From: Octopus sinensis
Lineage: Eukaryota
Direction of reading: 5' to 3'
Assembly: GCF_006345805.1 (NCBI RefSeq)
Contig: NC_042999.1
Coordinates: forward strand, 97,030,001 to 97,094,000
Length of the DNA: 64,000 nt
Part shown: positions 14,433-28,129 of the stretch, one piece after another
How the letters are laid out: each line of letters begins with the position of its first letter
Position numbering within the stretch: position 1 is the first letter of the stretch
Program-made: the position numbers and the translations under genes
The notes under the pieces: generated by a model
Database searches by the model: none
Told to the model about the DNA's origin: nothing
What the model saw: the letters and a program-made list of their open reading frames with translations, nothing else

Positions 14433-15595
14433 TTGGTTTGGCTCAGGTTCGGTCTTATTCTTGGTACGATTTATGTCAATGGAATTCTTGCTTTCTAAGA
14501 GACAAACTTTCTGTAGGAGCTCTATCGGGCATTCTATTCCAATCTCCCTCACCCATTTGTCTATATCTTTATTTACTGTTCCCATCGCACCAGTTATTAC
14601 AAGCATGACCTTTACTGTCCTCATGCTCCAAATTCTTCCTATTTCAAATTTTAAGGGATTGTATTTATTTTCTTCTTTTTTTCACGATCCTGGACTCAAA
14701 CGGTGATGAGGAGTTGATCAGTAAGCAACTTAGCTTTTCCTTATCTGTAATTGTTATGTTCGGCCTATTATTTTATAACTTCTTATCCGTTTAAATAGGA
14801 AAGTCCCACAAAATCTTATATTTCTCCGATTCTCATACTTTTTCGACTCAGTGATTGTAACGTGTTTCCAGCTTCAAATTCCCATTTCTGTCACAGTTTC
14901 CTTGTGTAAAACTTTTCCAACCTGTCTGTGCTTCCATTTCTTATATTCTTCTTGTGCCAGCTTGGGGCATTCTGTAACAATGTGTGCCACTGTCTCGTTC
15001 CAAGTTTCACAGGCTCTACATTTTTCTGACACGTTCTCTCCACATATATTTTTTTAAGTTGTTTGTTTTTATCGCTTGATCTTGGGCTGCTACAATCAGG
15101 CTCTCTGTTTCTTTTGTTAATTGTCCCTTTTTTACGCAACCTCAGGATTTTGTTTCATATACGTCTCCAGTGGCTCTCCAAAATTGGTCATGTGGGGGTT
15201 TCTCTTCAATCTGTCTAACGTGATTTCTTTGTATTTCATTCTTGTCCTAACGCGCTTGATCACCTGTTCTTTATTTATGGTCTTCATTAGTTTTTCTGCG
15301 CTGCTCTGTAAATACTCTGCTAGACATTTTCTTTCCATCTGTACACATCCTTCTACTGGTATCAAGCCTCTTCCATCCTGGACCCTCATCAAGTACAGCC
15401 GGTTGATTTCAACTTCCGAATGGTGGGCTCCACACATTGTCAACAACTTCTTAGTTTTTCTGTCAGGTTTCTTTATATCGTTTTTGGTCCAGTCAGGAAC
15501 CTTATTGGCTTACAGCTGTTTCTGCTATAAGATTTCTGTTATAAGCTGCAATGCACTTATAGTTGAATGCTTGTGTATCTTGAAATCATAGTGTG
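14433..15595 (-). mobile_element. 5'-truncated R4/Dong-type retrotransposon (post-RT, Zn knuckle, RLE)
   Basis: ORFs 15132-15446 (HHSEVEINRLYLMRVQDGRGLIPVE) and 14358-14624 (VKVMLVITGAMGTV...LLQKVCLL); CSSPRSS...VAHIVTECP Zn knuckle. The 3' end is followed by (AAT)3. Confidence 0.88.
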
Positions 15596-15683
15596 ATACG
15601 CAAGCTTATTCTTCATCATCAACATTATTATCATCATTAACATCATTCTCATCATCACAACCATTATTATTATTATCTTCGCT

Positions 15684-16270
15684 AAGGCGGCGAGCTGGCA
15701 GGAACGTTAGCACGCCGGGCGAAATATCTAGTGGTATTTCGTCTGCCGCTACGATCTGAGTTCAAATTCCGCCGAGGTCGACTTTGCCTTTCATCTTTTC
15801 GGGGTCGGTTAAATATGTACCAGTTACGCACTGGGGTCGATATAATCGACTTAATCCGTTTGTCTGTCCTTGTTTGTCCTCTGTGTTTAGCCCCTTGTAG
15901 GTCGTAAAGAAATAGGTATTTCGTCTGTCTTTACGTTCTGAGTTCAAATTCCGCCGAGGTCGACTTTGCCTTTCAACTTTCGGGGTTCATAACTTAAGTA
16001 CCAGTTACGGACTGGGGTCGATCTAATCGACTGGTTCACTCCCCCAAAATTTCGGACCTTGTACCTAGAGTAGAAAAGACTATTATTTTCACTAATTTGG
16101 AGACCTGGCAGAAAGCTCGCCCGTCGGACGAAATTCTTAGTGGCATTTCTTCCGGCTTTACCTTCTAAGCTCAAATTCCGCTGAGGTCAACTTTACTTTT
16201 TATCCTTACGGCGTCGATAAAATAAGTGCCAGTTGAGCACTGAATACGATGCAATCAACTAGAACCCCTT
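15684..16270 (+). mobile_element. SINE family A, three tandem units
   Basis: AAGGCGGCGAGCTGGCAG head at 15684. The block CTGAGTTCAAATTCCGCCGAGGTCGACTTTGCC...AAGTACCAGTT recurs at ~15757, ~15937 and ~16168. Confidence 0.92.
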
Positions 16271-16378
16271 GTACTTAATTAACTTCTTTGTCTTTCTCTC
16301 TTTCTCTCTCTCTCTCTCTCTCCTCTTTCTCACACACACACCCTTTTCTCTCTCTCTCTCTCTTTCTCACACACACAC

Positions 16379-16446
<68 letters not shown>

Positions 16447-16697
16447 GATTGTAACTGTAATTCAAAAGTTAAACCTGGTTACATTGTGCCACACCAATTC
16501 GGTCAAGTGCCAATGGAATACCCAGTCTTCACTAGTAGGAACACGGTTGATTGACCAACTGAATATTCAGCCACCAGTATGGATACCTTAATCGTAGTTT
16601 GTTTCTCCCAGCTGCTTGGCTATTATCTATCTGTTTATTTAAATGCATGCAGATAAACGCATAGACCAACAATCACTGATATAAATGGATATATCAT

Positions 16698-16835
16698 TTA
16701 CTTGTTTTAGTCATTAAACTATGGTCATGGTGGGGTACCGCCTTGAAGAAATCTTTAGTCGATCCCAGTACTTTTTGAAACCTGGTATTTATTCTATCGA
16801 TTACTTTTGCCGCACCGCAAGCTTACAGAAAACTA
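16698..16835 (-). mobile_element. SINE family B 3' fragment
   Basis: Reverse complement of the AAGGCGGT.CC...CATG.CC..AGT..AATGACT.AAACAAGTAAA tail. Confidence 0.75.
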
Positions 16836-16859
16836 AGATGAGAGTGTGTATATATATAA

Positions 16860-17082
16860 ATATATATATAGTTCAGAAAACACAAAAGATGAAGACAGGT
16901 GAGGGAAGAACAAGCAGGTATTAGTTTGACACTCGAGAAGAATGGAAAAGTCTTTGGCGTTTCGAGTCTACGCTCTTCGACAAAAAAAGGTTGAGAGGAA
17001 AAAAATGGAGAGAGAAGGAAAAAAAAACACACAGAGAAAAATGTGTAGGGAATAACGGTTCAACATAATGAAATGGCCCCAT

Positions 17083-17085
<3 letters not shown>
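16860..17085 (-). mobile_element. Penelope-type repeat carrying a decayed hammerhead-like motif (homolog of 37150-37410)
   Basis: Reverse complement GTCGAAGAGCGTAGACTCGAAACGCCAAAGAC and downstream similarity to 37297-37410; flanked by TA and TG tracts. Confidence 0.6.
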
Positions 17086-17134
<49 letters not shown>

Positions 17135-17269
17135 TTTTGTTGTTGTCACTGTTTTGTCTTCGTAACCCTCACTGAGAAGACCTATGATCAAAGACATTTC
17201 AATCGCGATCCTCCCATCTTGTTTTCTTATAAGAAATATCTATAACTAAAAAGGCCCGTTGTCAAGCGG

Positions 17270-17400
17270 TTAAGTAACTGGCCTCTCAATCGTGACTTTA
17301 TGGGTTCGATTCCCACCACTTAAATTTCACATTGCTCCTGCCTACTCGGCTGGCAAAAATGAACATTAAGAGTGGCAGGGTATCTGGTCAGCAACAACAT
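17270..17400 (+). mobile_element. Degenerate SINE family C copy
   Basis: A-box/B-box-like head (GCGGTTAAG...GGGTTCGATTCCC) followed by TTTCACATTGCTCC...ACTCGGCTGGCAAAAATGA. Confidence 0.6.
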
Positions 17401-17797
17401 AGTCTTGCAGTGTTAATGAATTAGAGGTACGACCCAAAACATTCGAGCAAGACGGCGGAAACATTGAGTTGCGGGCTGCTGTGCCCTGTCTTTGCCCTTT
17501 CATACCTATAACTACACTGATGCGCTTCATTTTTTTAAAGTCGTTATGATGTGGATTCAGGTGAATTCGGCAACTGTTTTGGCTGGCCAATATCATAGAG
17601 ACTATACGTTAGGCCTTGGAGGTTTTAAAGGCATATAGAGTTGCAGACATAGACAGACAGTAGAGAAAGGAAGTGTTTTTTCTTCTTTTTCATATGTATT
17701 TATCAGTATAAGTAGACAGAGACAGGAGGAAGTTTGTCTGTGATACTTGAGAACATTGTGCTCTAAAGGAAATTGTGAAATTGATGTTGTTGTTGTT

Positions 17798-17833
<36 letters not shown>

Positions 17834-17851
17834 TTGGTGGTGGTGGTGGTG

Positions 17852-17903
<52 letters not shown>

Positions 17904-18024
17904 CAGCAGCAGCAGCAGCGCCAGAGCGACAACAGCTTCTTCGGCAGGAAAATGATAACAACAACACCTTCAGGCGGAGAAAATAACAACAAAGGCAACA
18001 GTAACAGCTGCAACAGCTAATAAA

Positions 18025-18100
<76 letters not shown>

Positions 18101-18102
<2 letters not shown>

Positions 18103-19757
18103 GGCTACTTTTATCAAAGGAAAAATGACAGAAACATCTAACGTTAACCTTGACCAACAGAATGTCATAAAAGAACTAGACCCAGCGGAGAGCTACAAGT
18201 ACCTAGGGGTAATTGAGGGGAACGGAATAAGGCATTCAGAGATGAAGGAAAGGATCAGGAGAGAATGCTATCGAAGAGTGAGAGCAATACTCAAGACAGA
18301 GCTGAATGCAAGAAACAGGATCGAAGCAATCAATGCATTAGCTATACCAGTCGTGACTTACAGTTTCAATATTGTTAACTGGTCAATTACTGAAATATGT
18401 CAGCTCGACAGAAAAATAAGGAAACTGTTGACAATGCATAGAATGCACCACCCTAAGGCAGATACAGAACGACTCTATCTGCCAAGAAAAGAGGGAGGCC
18501 GTGGTCTTTTGCAACTGGCAATAACAATGAAGATTGCTACAATTGGCCTAGACACCTACCTGAAAAACTCTGAGGACTGGATGTTAAAACTTGTCTCAAA
18601 ACATGAAAACAAGAAAGCATCATACTCAGTCACAAAACAGGCAAAGGAATATCTAAGTGAATTCCGAATACAACCAATTTCGGAATTAGAGATAGACATA
18701 CAAGAAACAAGCACAGAAAAAGCTAGGCGCATGAAAACCCGTGCCAAAACTGCGGCCTTAGATATTCTGAATAATAAATGGCAAGAAAAACCTCTCTATG
18801 GCAAATACCCAAGAGAGCGAATAATGCAGATATCGACAAAGCCCTGACCCATCAATGGCTAATGGCCTCTGGCTTAAAATCTGAAACAGAGGGGTTTATC
18901 ATAGCAGCTCAAGATCAATGCCTACCAACAAGAAACTACCAGGCCAACATATTAAAGATCAGAAGCAGTCCAACGTGTCGTGTATGCAAGCAACAAAATG
19001 AAACCATTGACCATGTGGTCTCCAAGTGCAGTCTTCTAGCGCCTACAGAGTATCTCAACAGGCACGATAGAGCTGCACAATATATTCACTGGGTAATCTG
19101 TAAAAACCTGGATTTGCCCCATGAAAAAAAACTGGTGGGAACACAAACCATCCCCAGTGCTTGAAAATGACCACATCTCACTCCTCTGGAACTTCACCAT
19201 TCAAACTGACAGGAAGATAGATGCAAATAGGCCAGACATCATATTGAAAGACTTCAAACAAAGAACATGCCTCCTCATTGATATGACTGTCCCAATCGAT
19301 ATAAACGTATCTGTCAGGACCTACCAAAAACTGAGCAAATATAAAGATCTTGAAATAGAAATCAGCAAAATGTGGAAGCTGAAGACTAAAACAATACCTG
19401 TTGTCATAGGTGCCCTGGGAATGATAGCAAAAGGGCTGATAGCTACCTAACTCAGATACCAGGAAACCCAAAAATGGCAGAAGTTCAAAAGATAGTGCTC
19501 ATGGGAACTGCTCATATCCTACGCAAAATACTCTCTATGTAACCTCAAGGTTTAAAACAACCATAATTTTCGGTTCAAAAAAAAAAAAAAAAACTTTTTT
19601 TTTTTTAGACATTCATTAGTACAACATCCCCACCCCCCAAATATATGGCACACTAGGCATAACAACAACATGAACTTCCAACCCTGTTGTCTCTTGAGGT
19701 CTCTGGGTGAGACTTGGAGCCAACTTGTACAAATATAAAGCAAAAGTCAAACATAGA
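18101..19757 (+). mobile_element. Young 5'-truncated R4/Dong-type non-LTR retrotransposon inserted in (AAT)n
   Basis: ORFs 18125-18847 (YKYLG; LYLPRKEGGRGL), 18778-19164 (LKSETEGFIIAAQDQ; CRVC...HVVSKC CCHC) and 19121-19450 (RPDIILKD...LIDMTVP...KYKDLEIEI, PD-D RLE). Three overlapping ORFs with only a few indels. (AAT)n lies immediately on both sides. Confidence 0.95.
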
Positions 19758-19997
19758 ATAATAATAATAATAATAACAACAACAACAATAATAATAATAA
19801 TGATGATGATGATGATGATGATGAGGAGGAGGAGGAGGAGGAGGAAGATAATAATAATAATAATAATAATTATAATAATAATAATAATAATAAAATAATA
19901 ATAATAATAATAATAATAGCAATAATAATAATGATGATGATGATGAGGAGGAGGAGGAGGAGAGGAGGAGGAAGATAATAATAATAATAATAATAAT

Positions 19998-20046
<49 letters not shown>

Positions 20047-20066
20047 GCAATAATAATAATAATAAT
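19758..20066. repeat. Compound triplet microsatellite containing a duplicated ~130-bp higher-order unit
   Basis: (GAT)n(GAG)n GAAGAT (AAT)n TAT (AAT)n AGC (AAT)n occurs twice in tandem. Confidence 0.9.
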
Positions 20067-21906
20067 TGTTTAAGAACATCAACAACCGCAATTACCGTAA
20101 TAATAAGAAAAACAACAGCAGCAACAGCAGACAAACAACATTAACAAAGGCAGCAGTGAATCAAATTAATAAAATACCAAATACCTGGAACTCTCCAAGT
20201 AGCATTGGTGACGAATCGGAAAGGTTTCTGCACTCTCCCGCCCTTTTTTTTTTCGGTTGTAATACAGCCAGCCCTTCCATCAAACCATGCTGAATCAATG
20301 CTCAATCCGCCCCCTCATACACCTTCACATACACACACACACACACACACACACATACACACAGAGGCATGCACATGCACACATGCATAAACGCACGCAT
20401 GCACACGCTCACATGCACAAATGCACACGCACACACATGAACGTACAACCACCGCCGTATAGACGCCATTAAAGTGTGGCAGGGAGATTAAGACACTGCT
20501 TTGTCTTCCAACTGACAGATCACGACCAGTTGACAAATGAGAATCTTGTCTACCGTGTCATCTACGTTGTGTATGTTTGAGTGCTTGTGCTTTTTATTAT
20601 CTTTTTTAAGTCCTAGCTAATCTTTTTGTTTACTAACTCTAAATCATGCAAATCGCGCTGCAAATGTTAACGTCGGCCTGCGTGCACGCATGCATATGTA
20701 TCTGTGTACGAGTGCATATATATTTATATACGTACTTGTGTTTGTGACTGTGTGTGCTTGTGTGTGTGTGTGTGTATGAATTGGGGTGAATATGTGTGTT
20801 ATAATAGATTGAATATGTTTGCGTTTAATACTTTAAATCATGCAAGCTGCCCTGAAAACGTTAACAGGAGCATGTATGTTTTATTCCAATATGTATGTGC
20901 ATGCAAGCGCATGTGAGTGTCTGTTTGTGCATGTGTGTGTGCGTGCGTGTGCGTGCACGCGTGCGGCTGGGTGTTATGAATTTTTATACGTGTATATATA
21001 TATATATATTATATATATATCCGTATACGTGTATGGATTTGAGTGCATTCGCACGCATGATCATGTTTGTGCAATTTTATTTTCGAGTGTACGTGTGCCG
21101 TGTGTGAATGTGTTGCATGAAAATTGTTTGTATGGAAATTTCTCTTTGTTTATGCAAAGCTTTATCTGTTTGTCTATATATTCCTGTAAGTATTGCTTTT
21201 AGCTACGTAATTTAAATGTATGGATGTCTATATGTACATACTCAAGTGTATGTGTATTGTTGTGAGTGTGGGTGGATAAATATAAGCATATGTGTGTAAA
21301 CATAAGTTTGTAAATATTTCGAATATGCAGAATAGTTTATTTGTGCATATGTATGCGTGTATATATGCTATTCTGCGTTAGCGTGAATATGTGTGCTTGT
21401 TTCTGCACGCGTTTACATGAATCAGTATAAACATATGCAAATATCAATGAACTTATTCGCATTTGTGTTTATGAATTTAAGAAAAGTGTTTACCTCTCTG
21501 AGGAATTTTCAGAGAAGTTGTCTGTGTCTTTGTACGTGTATGTAGACGGGCGGGGATGGCCGAGTGTTTCAGAAGTTCATTTCCCAATCATGAGAAAATT
21601 TTGATGTTGTTGCTTGCTATCTTGCTATCTATTGACAAAGCTTTGGGTTAACACAAACTTCGTGAATAAAATTGGATCGATGAAGACTGTGTATAAGACT
21701 ATCGGATGGATAGTACCTGTAAATCAAAAGGCCGTTTACCTGAGTATTATGCTGAAACACAGGTGTATGTAGAATACTCAGTTTCTTCCACCCTAACTGT
21801 GAGTAGCTAGTCTATTTGGAATAACTGGAAGAAACATCGTCGAAACTGATGGAGGAACCATTCACATTATTTGTATGCGTATGTATGTGTTTGTGTGTGT
21901 GTGTTT

Positions 21907-21939
<33 letters not shown>

Positions 21940-22681
21940 CTTTTATGTGCAGACATTTGCGCGTGAGTGTAAATATATGTCTATGTGCATGTGAATATCA
22001 GCGCGTAATTAACCAAAGGTAATTTTCTATATGAATATATCCACATAGTTGCACAAGTGTATGTTAATATGTAAATATGCTGATATGCGTATACCCATGG
22101 TAAGTGTAAGTATCAATATACGTTCAAGCTTTCTTAAAGTTATTTGGATACAGATATGTGTGCGTAAGTGCTTGGAGTTGTGAGTTTACATGAATATACG
22201 TTATGTGTACGGTGTGCAGATGTGTGCGAATACGTACCCAGAGACATGAGTACGTAAATATGAATGCATGAATGCTCAAAGATATGTGTATATTCTAATA
22301 TATCAGCATATGTTCTCGGGTGTATATATGAATATGTGAACATATCAGCATGCTTACTCATTGACGTATATACGAATATATGTGTGCATGAGTGCTGAAA
22401 TGCATGTATGTATGTTCATATATATATATATATATATATAACAACGCATAATAATAAACCAATAACAACGGCATAATCTCACGCACATATAGGCGTATAG
22501 AAACGCACAAGCGAAGGTATGCACACATGTACACAAGCCTAAACCTATACACAAGCTTTATGCATGATTTTGTGTATAGACATATACATAAACATATATA
22601 TTTCTTAATTAATGCGAATATATGTACATATATATACATACACAGACACATACATATATACATACATACATACAAATATTC

Positions 22682-22720
<39 letters not shown>

Positions 22721-22724
22721 TGTG

Positions 22725-22769
<45 letters not shown>

Positions 22770-22954
22770 CGTGTGTAACACACAGAAATCAAGGTGTAGG
22801 AAGAAAGTTAATTTCAAGTAATCTGTAGTAAATATTTAAGAACTTTCAGAGACAATAGTGGTTTATTGAGACGGAAGGTTGTGAATTTTTTCGTATCGAT
22901 GGGCGATAAGCGCGGATCTTACCTACTCCATTCAATAACTGTTATATATATAAT

Positions 22955-23117
22955 AGGCGCAGGAGTGGCTGTGTGGTAAGTAGCTTGCTTACCAACCACA
23001 TGGTTCTGAGTTCAGCCCCACTGCGTGGGACTTTGGCCAAGTGTCTTCTACTATTGCCTCGGGCCAACCAAAGCTTTGTGAGTGGATTTGGTAGACGGAA
23101 ACTGAAAGAAACTTGTC

Positions 23118-23161
<44 letters not shown>

Positions 23162-23362
23162 ATGTATATGTGTGTGTGTGTATGTCTGTATGTATGTATG
23201 TATGTATGTATGTATGCATGTATGTATGTATGTATGTATGTATGTATGTATGTATGTATGTATGTATGTATGTATGTATGTATTATGCATTATGTATGTA
23301 TTTGCTCGACTAAAGGCTATGCTCCAGCATGGCCACAGTCAAATGACTGAAACAAATAAAAG
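22955..23362 (+). mobile_element. SINE family B copy with internal microsatellite
   Basis: AGGCGCAGGAGTGGCTGTGTGGTAAGTAGCTTGCTTACCAACCACATGGTT head (tRNA-like), TTGGCCAAGTGTCTTCT core, internal TA/TG/TATG tract, and CCAGCATGGCCACAGTCAAATGACTGAAACAA tail. Confidence 0.93.
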
Positions 23363-24147
23363 GATATATATACCAAATCCGCTCACAAGTCTTTGGTGGG
23401 TCTGGGATTATACTAGAAGACACTTGCTCAAGGTGCCACGCAGTAATATTGCAACTGGAACCATTTTGGGAAGAAATATTCTTATGCAACTATACTTATG
23501 TAATTTTAGTTGTGCGTGTGCGTATGTGTGTTTGTGTTTGTCCATGTTTGCATAGTTACCGATATTAATTAAGCAGTGGAACCTTAATTGAAAGGACTGA
23601 CGCTTCATTCTTGTCCCTTGTGCTTGTTTGTGACTATTGCCAACAGTCTGACTACTAACGATAATGAACCCCTTCCTATATATTTATCTCACTTTGTTTA
23701 GCAGTAGTGGTACTGTATATTCATTGTGTGCTAAATTCAAATGTATGTTTAAACCTGTCGATTAATTGATTGATATTGAATCACACACCAATGTTCTCTA
23801 ACTAATGCTACGCGGATATATAGCTTTTCTGCAACTATACTAGATTTCCAACCTTTCCTAGCACTTCCACTCAGGCCCGGTCAGTTTATTACGGCTTTAT
23901 CAATAAACCTGTTTCTCTTGATATCATTGTCCTCATTGTGTATCACCCACCAGTGCCCTACACTATAACATTTTTCCACCTTCAACATTCTGGGATTCCC
24001 TTCATGTCTATGATTTTTCTGTAGGTGTTCACCAGCAAATGATCAAATTGAATATCGAACGCATCGATCTCAGCAGACAGCGAGGGCTTATAGAGCTCAA
24101 TGTATGTGTATGTGTATGTATGTATGTATGTGTGTATATATATATAT

Positions 24148-24189
<42 letters not shown>

Positions 24190-24200
24190 TATATATATAT

Positions 24201-24238
<38 letters not shown>

Positions 24239-24269
24239 TAAGTATATATATAAGTATATATAATATATA

Positions 24270-24314
<45 letters not shown>

Positions 24315-24375
24315 TATATGTATGTTTAGATAGCTTGATAGATTATTTACAGGATCAATATATATGTATAAATGC

Positions 24376-24432
<57 letters not shown>

Positions 24433-24770
24433 GATTGTATGTATGCTTACATTAAGTACTCAATATTTGATGCACATATCCACTGGCTCATTCATTTTCC
24501 AGAGTAAGTATTGCAAAATGTATAGACTTATTAATTAAAGACATCTATCTCTTCTACATAAAGAAAAAGTGCGGTTTCATTTTTGCCAGGAGATTTTTAT
24601 CTCAGATCATTTCGAAGAGTGCGATTAGGCATATTGTTTTCATATCCTCCAAGTACTATTCTCCACTCTATATTACTCCAGTTTGATAAAGATTACCTGA
24701 ATTTCAATGATGTCAGATATGGTGGTACGACGTCTGTGTAAACAGCTAACACACTCTCTCTCTCCCTCTT

Positions 24771-24845
<75 letters not shown>

Positions 24846-25757
24846 GCATTTAACTTTTACAGCAAAACATAAAGATTAGATGAAGACATCCTCTTTCAAA
24901 AAGTACAATTAGTTCGTGCGAGAGCAAATATCATTTAATTATGAACAAAAGATGAGAGAAATTACAAAGTGTCCGAAAACTCTCAGCTCCAAATATTTCT
25001 GAGATGTTTACCTTCGATGGAGTGGTCATTTATCCAACATGAGATTTAACTCTCATTTAATATTAGGGAAACCGGAATGAAATAACAACTTCCATTGGTC
25101 TATCTTACTTATTTGTTTGCTCTCTCTGTAAAGGGAGGCTATCTAAGATAAAACAGGATGTTATGTGGCAGCAGTCCATAACTAAAAATTAACCAAATGA
25201 TACATGATGCAAATTCTATGATGAGAATGAAATAAGAGTTGAGAAGGCCATTGCTGAAGATCATTGATTTTTTGCCAAAAACATTATATAAATAACTACA
25301 ATTTATGATAAATATTGTTAGAAGTATTCACTGTGTTATAAATGTTAACCAGCGACCCTCATCCAAGATATATTAAGGTATAAATGGATTTCCGAAAATT
25401 TCTTTTTTTTTTTCTTCTTTTTTTTTTCTTCTTTTTTTTTAAATATAAGTTGGGGATCAACTAAGGATTAATCGTATTTAGAGGCAAACAAGTGAAATAA
25501 ATATTTCGGACATTGTCCACAAGAATTCAGATTTATACAAGAAGTGCAAATATTATTTTGGAGAATTCATACCTTTCATCAAACAATATTATTAACAAAA
25601 GAATGGTTTGAGTGAAATGGCTATTAGTAGAAATCGAATCCCTGTGAAAAGCTTACCCTAAAGCTTCATGATGATGAAGAAGAGGAAGCGGGGTTTCGTG
25701 TGGTGATGGTAGTCGCGATGATGATGGTGATGCTCGGGTATTATTATATTATTATTA

Positions 25758-25796
<39 letters not shown>

Positions 25797-26006
25797 GGCG
25801 GCGAGCTGGCAGAATCGTTAGCACGTTGGGCGAAATGCTTAGTATTTCGCCCCGTCGCTACGTTCTGATTTCAAATTCCGCCGAGGTCGACTTTGCCTTT
25901 CATCCTTTCGGGGTCGATAAATTAAGTACTAGTTGCGTACTGATGTCGATCTTATCGATTGGCCCCCATCACACCCAAAAATTTCAGACCTTATGCCTAT
26001 AGTAGA

Positions 26007-26010
<4 letters not shown>
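25797..26010 (+). mobile_element. SINE family A copy
   Basis: Full head AAGGCGGCGAGCTGGCAGAATCGTTAGCACG directly after (ATT)n; central CCGAGGTCGACTTTGCCTTTCATCCTTTCGGGGTCGATAAATTAAGTAC; tail runs into (AGT)n. Confidence 0.93.
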
Positions 26011-26052
<42 letters not shown>

Positions 26053-27247
26053 TGTAGTTGTAGTAACAGCAGCAGCAGCAGCAAACATCAACAAAGACAA
26101 AAGCACAATCTCCAACAAGAGAAAAGCAGTACCACCTTTCGGAGAGAAAAAAAAACAAAAAAAGAACAGACTGAAAACAAAGAAACAGACAACTAACATC
26201 GACAATAAAGGGAGGGGGGGAAAGGTGTTGTAAGTTGATGGTTTGCTCATGTATTATTTCTACAGCAGGACTGCATGATTTAATCAGATTAGCAGCTTTG
26301 TTTTGTTCTGGCAATTGTTAAGTAAACATTTATGCCATCGTCATGTTTTCTTGCAAGTTGGAAACTGCTGCTTCTGGTTGGAAAAGAGATGTAGTGGAAG
26401 AGGGGGGAAACTTCACGAAATAAACATATAAATAAAGTACAATAAAGTAAAATAAATGGCGAACAATCTAGCAAACAAAGTGTTTCTTTTTTAAAAAAAA
26501 AATAACAAATATATACGTTAACAATAACGAAATTTTTCGATAAAATCGTGCGGAGGCGTATTTTGATCCTAGCATCTATCGACTTATTTTTTATTTACTA
26601 ATTTTACCTGTTTTTATAGTTGTTGTTTTTTGTGTAAGAGAGGCAGAGATTATTGTATTTTTTTTTTAATTTTATTTTCTGATTCGTTTTAAAACTTCAA
26701 AAATATAAGAATACGAAAAAAAATTGAACTTACAAATAATTTGTTTTGCTTTTAAATATAACAATAATACAAATAACAACACTCACATTCATAACGACAA
26801 CAATAATATTAGCATCAATAAGAAAAATAACAACCATAACCATAACAATCGATAACAAATTTAACAAACAAAGACATGTACAGAAGTTCGTAAAAAAGAA
26901 CATGTAAAAAAGAAAAGAAAATAATGACAAGAAAGACAAGATTTAACATAGAAATAATAAAAGTATTTTCCCCAACATTCTGTCGACTTGAATATTTTTT
27001 TTTTTGTTCAATTGTCAAGCTGTTTTGTTATTCTGATGTGCATAGTTTAGCGATATTTTCCCCGCTGTTGTTTACAAAATACCATTCTATTCAAGATGGC
27101 CGATGTAGTAATGCCATGCCAGAAACACAGAAGCGATCGAATGAAACGATTGCTGTCATATTGACAGTTCTATTGATAACAGACGACACTTAATATTCAA
27201 CGTTCAAACACAGTTGTTTGATTTAACATACTAAAACACTGCTTTAT

Positions 27248-27279
<32 letters not shown>

Positions 27280-27328
27280 GTCTATGTATGTATGTGTGTG
27301 TGTGCGTGCGCGCGTGTGTGTGTGTGAC

Positions 27329-27660
27329 TTCTATTTTTTACTTATTATAAATCTTCCACTGAGGTGGGAGCCGGTTTCCACTAAGATACAAGGCTCCATC
27401 TTTGGGATGTAGTTAAAACAGACGAATTCACATTTGGAACTTGAGAAAAGTCTTGCATATTTTTACTATTCCACTCACAGATTGCACTTGTTATGTACGA
27501 ATTAGCCGGTCGCTTTTTTTTCTGAAAATCCCAGTTTATCCAGATTCTCCTTTAAGCATTTACTAACAAAACCTAGTGCTCCAATTATGATTGATATGAA
27601 TATGAATTCATTGTCTGGATATAATGAATCCATAGTCTGGATATAATGTATTCATAGTCT
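27329..27660 (-). mobile_element. 3' fragment of second RLE non-LTR family (family R2x)
   Basis: Close similarity to 42338-42635. Minus strand encodes PIIIGALGFVSKCLKENLDKLGF...SVSGIVKICKTFLKF plus the 3' UTR. Confidence 0.85.
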
Positions 27661-28129
27661 GTATGTATGTATGTATGTATGTATGTATGTATGTATGTAT
27701 GTATGTATGTATGGATGGATGGATGAATGGATGGATGGATGGATGGATGGATGGATGGATGGATGGATGGATGGATAATTAATATTAGAATATTTTGGTG
27801 TAATAACAGTGATATTACCAATTGGTTTCTTACCATAAGTTGAGTACCAGGCCTGGAAATCATCAAAGATTATTTAGTATGACGTGGGCTCTTTTCTACT
27901 AGACGCCTGAAAGCGTTGCGCCCGATTTGTAAGTTTTATGGTTGTTGCAAAAAGCAGAACAAAATTTGTGAAAGAAATCCCCTATTTCAAATGCAAGGGA
28001 AAAAAGTATGGACCAAAAAGGGCTAACTCTGTATATATGATATTTACTTGTATGGTGAGGTTGAAACTGAGGAGAGGGTGGGTAGAGGTTCAGGAGTGGG
28101 AAGGTTTTTTTAAAAATAATGTGTGGCCG

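Noticed and set aside
22955-23030. tRNA-like heads here and at 50190-50247, 56151 and 57685
   Set aside because: They continue into shared SINE cores and tails and do not form full cloverleaves, so they are not tRNA genes.
23830-24020. Possible RTE RT domain 1 remnant on the minus strand
   Set aside because: Only GIPE and IVAEKL fragments; too decayed to support a call.
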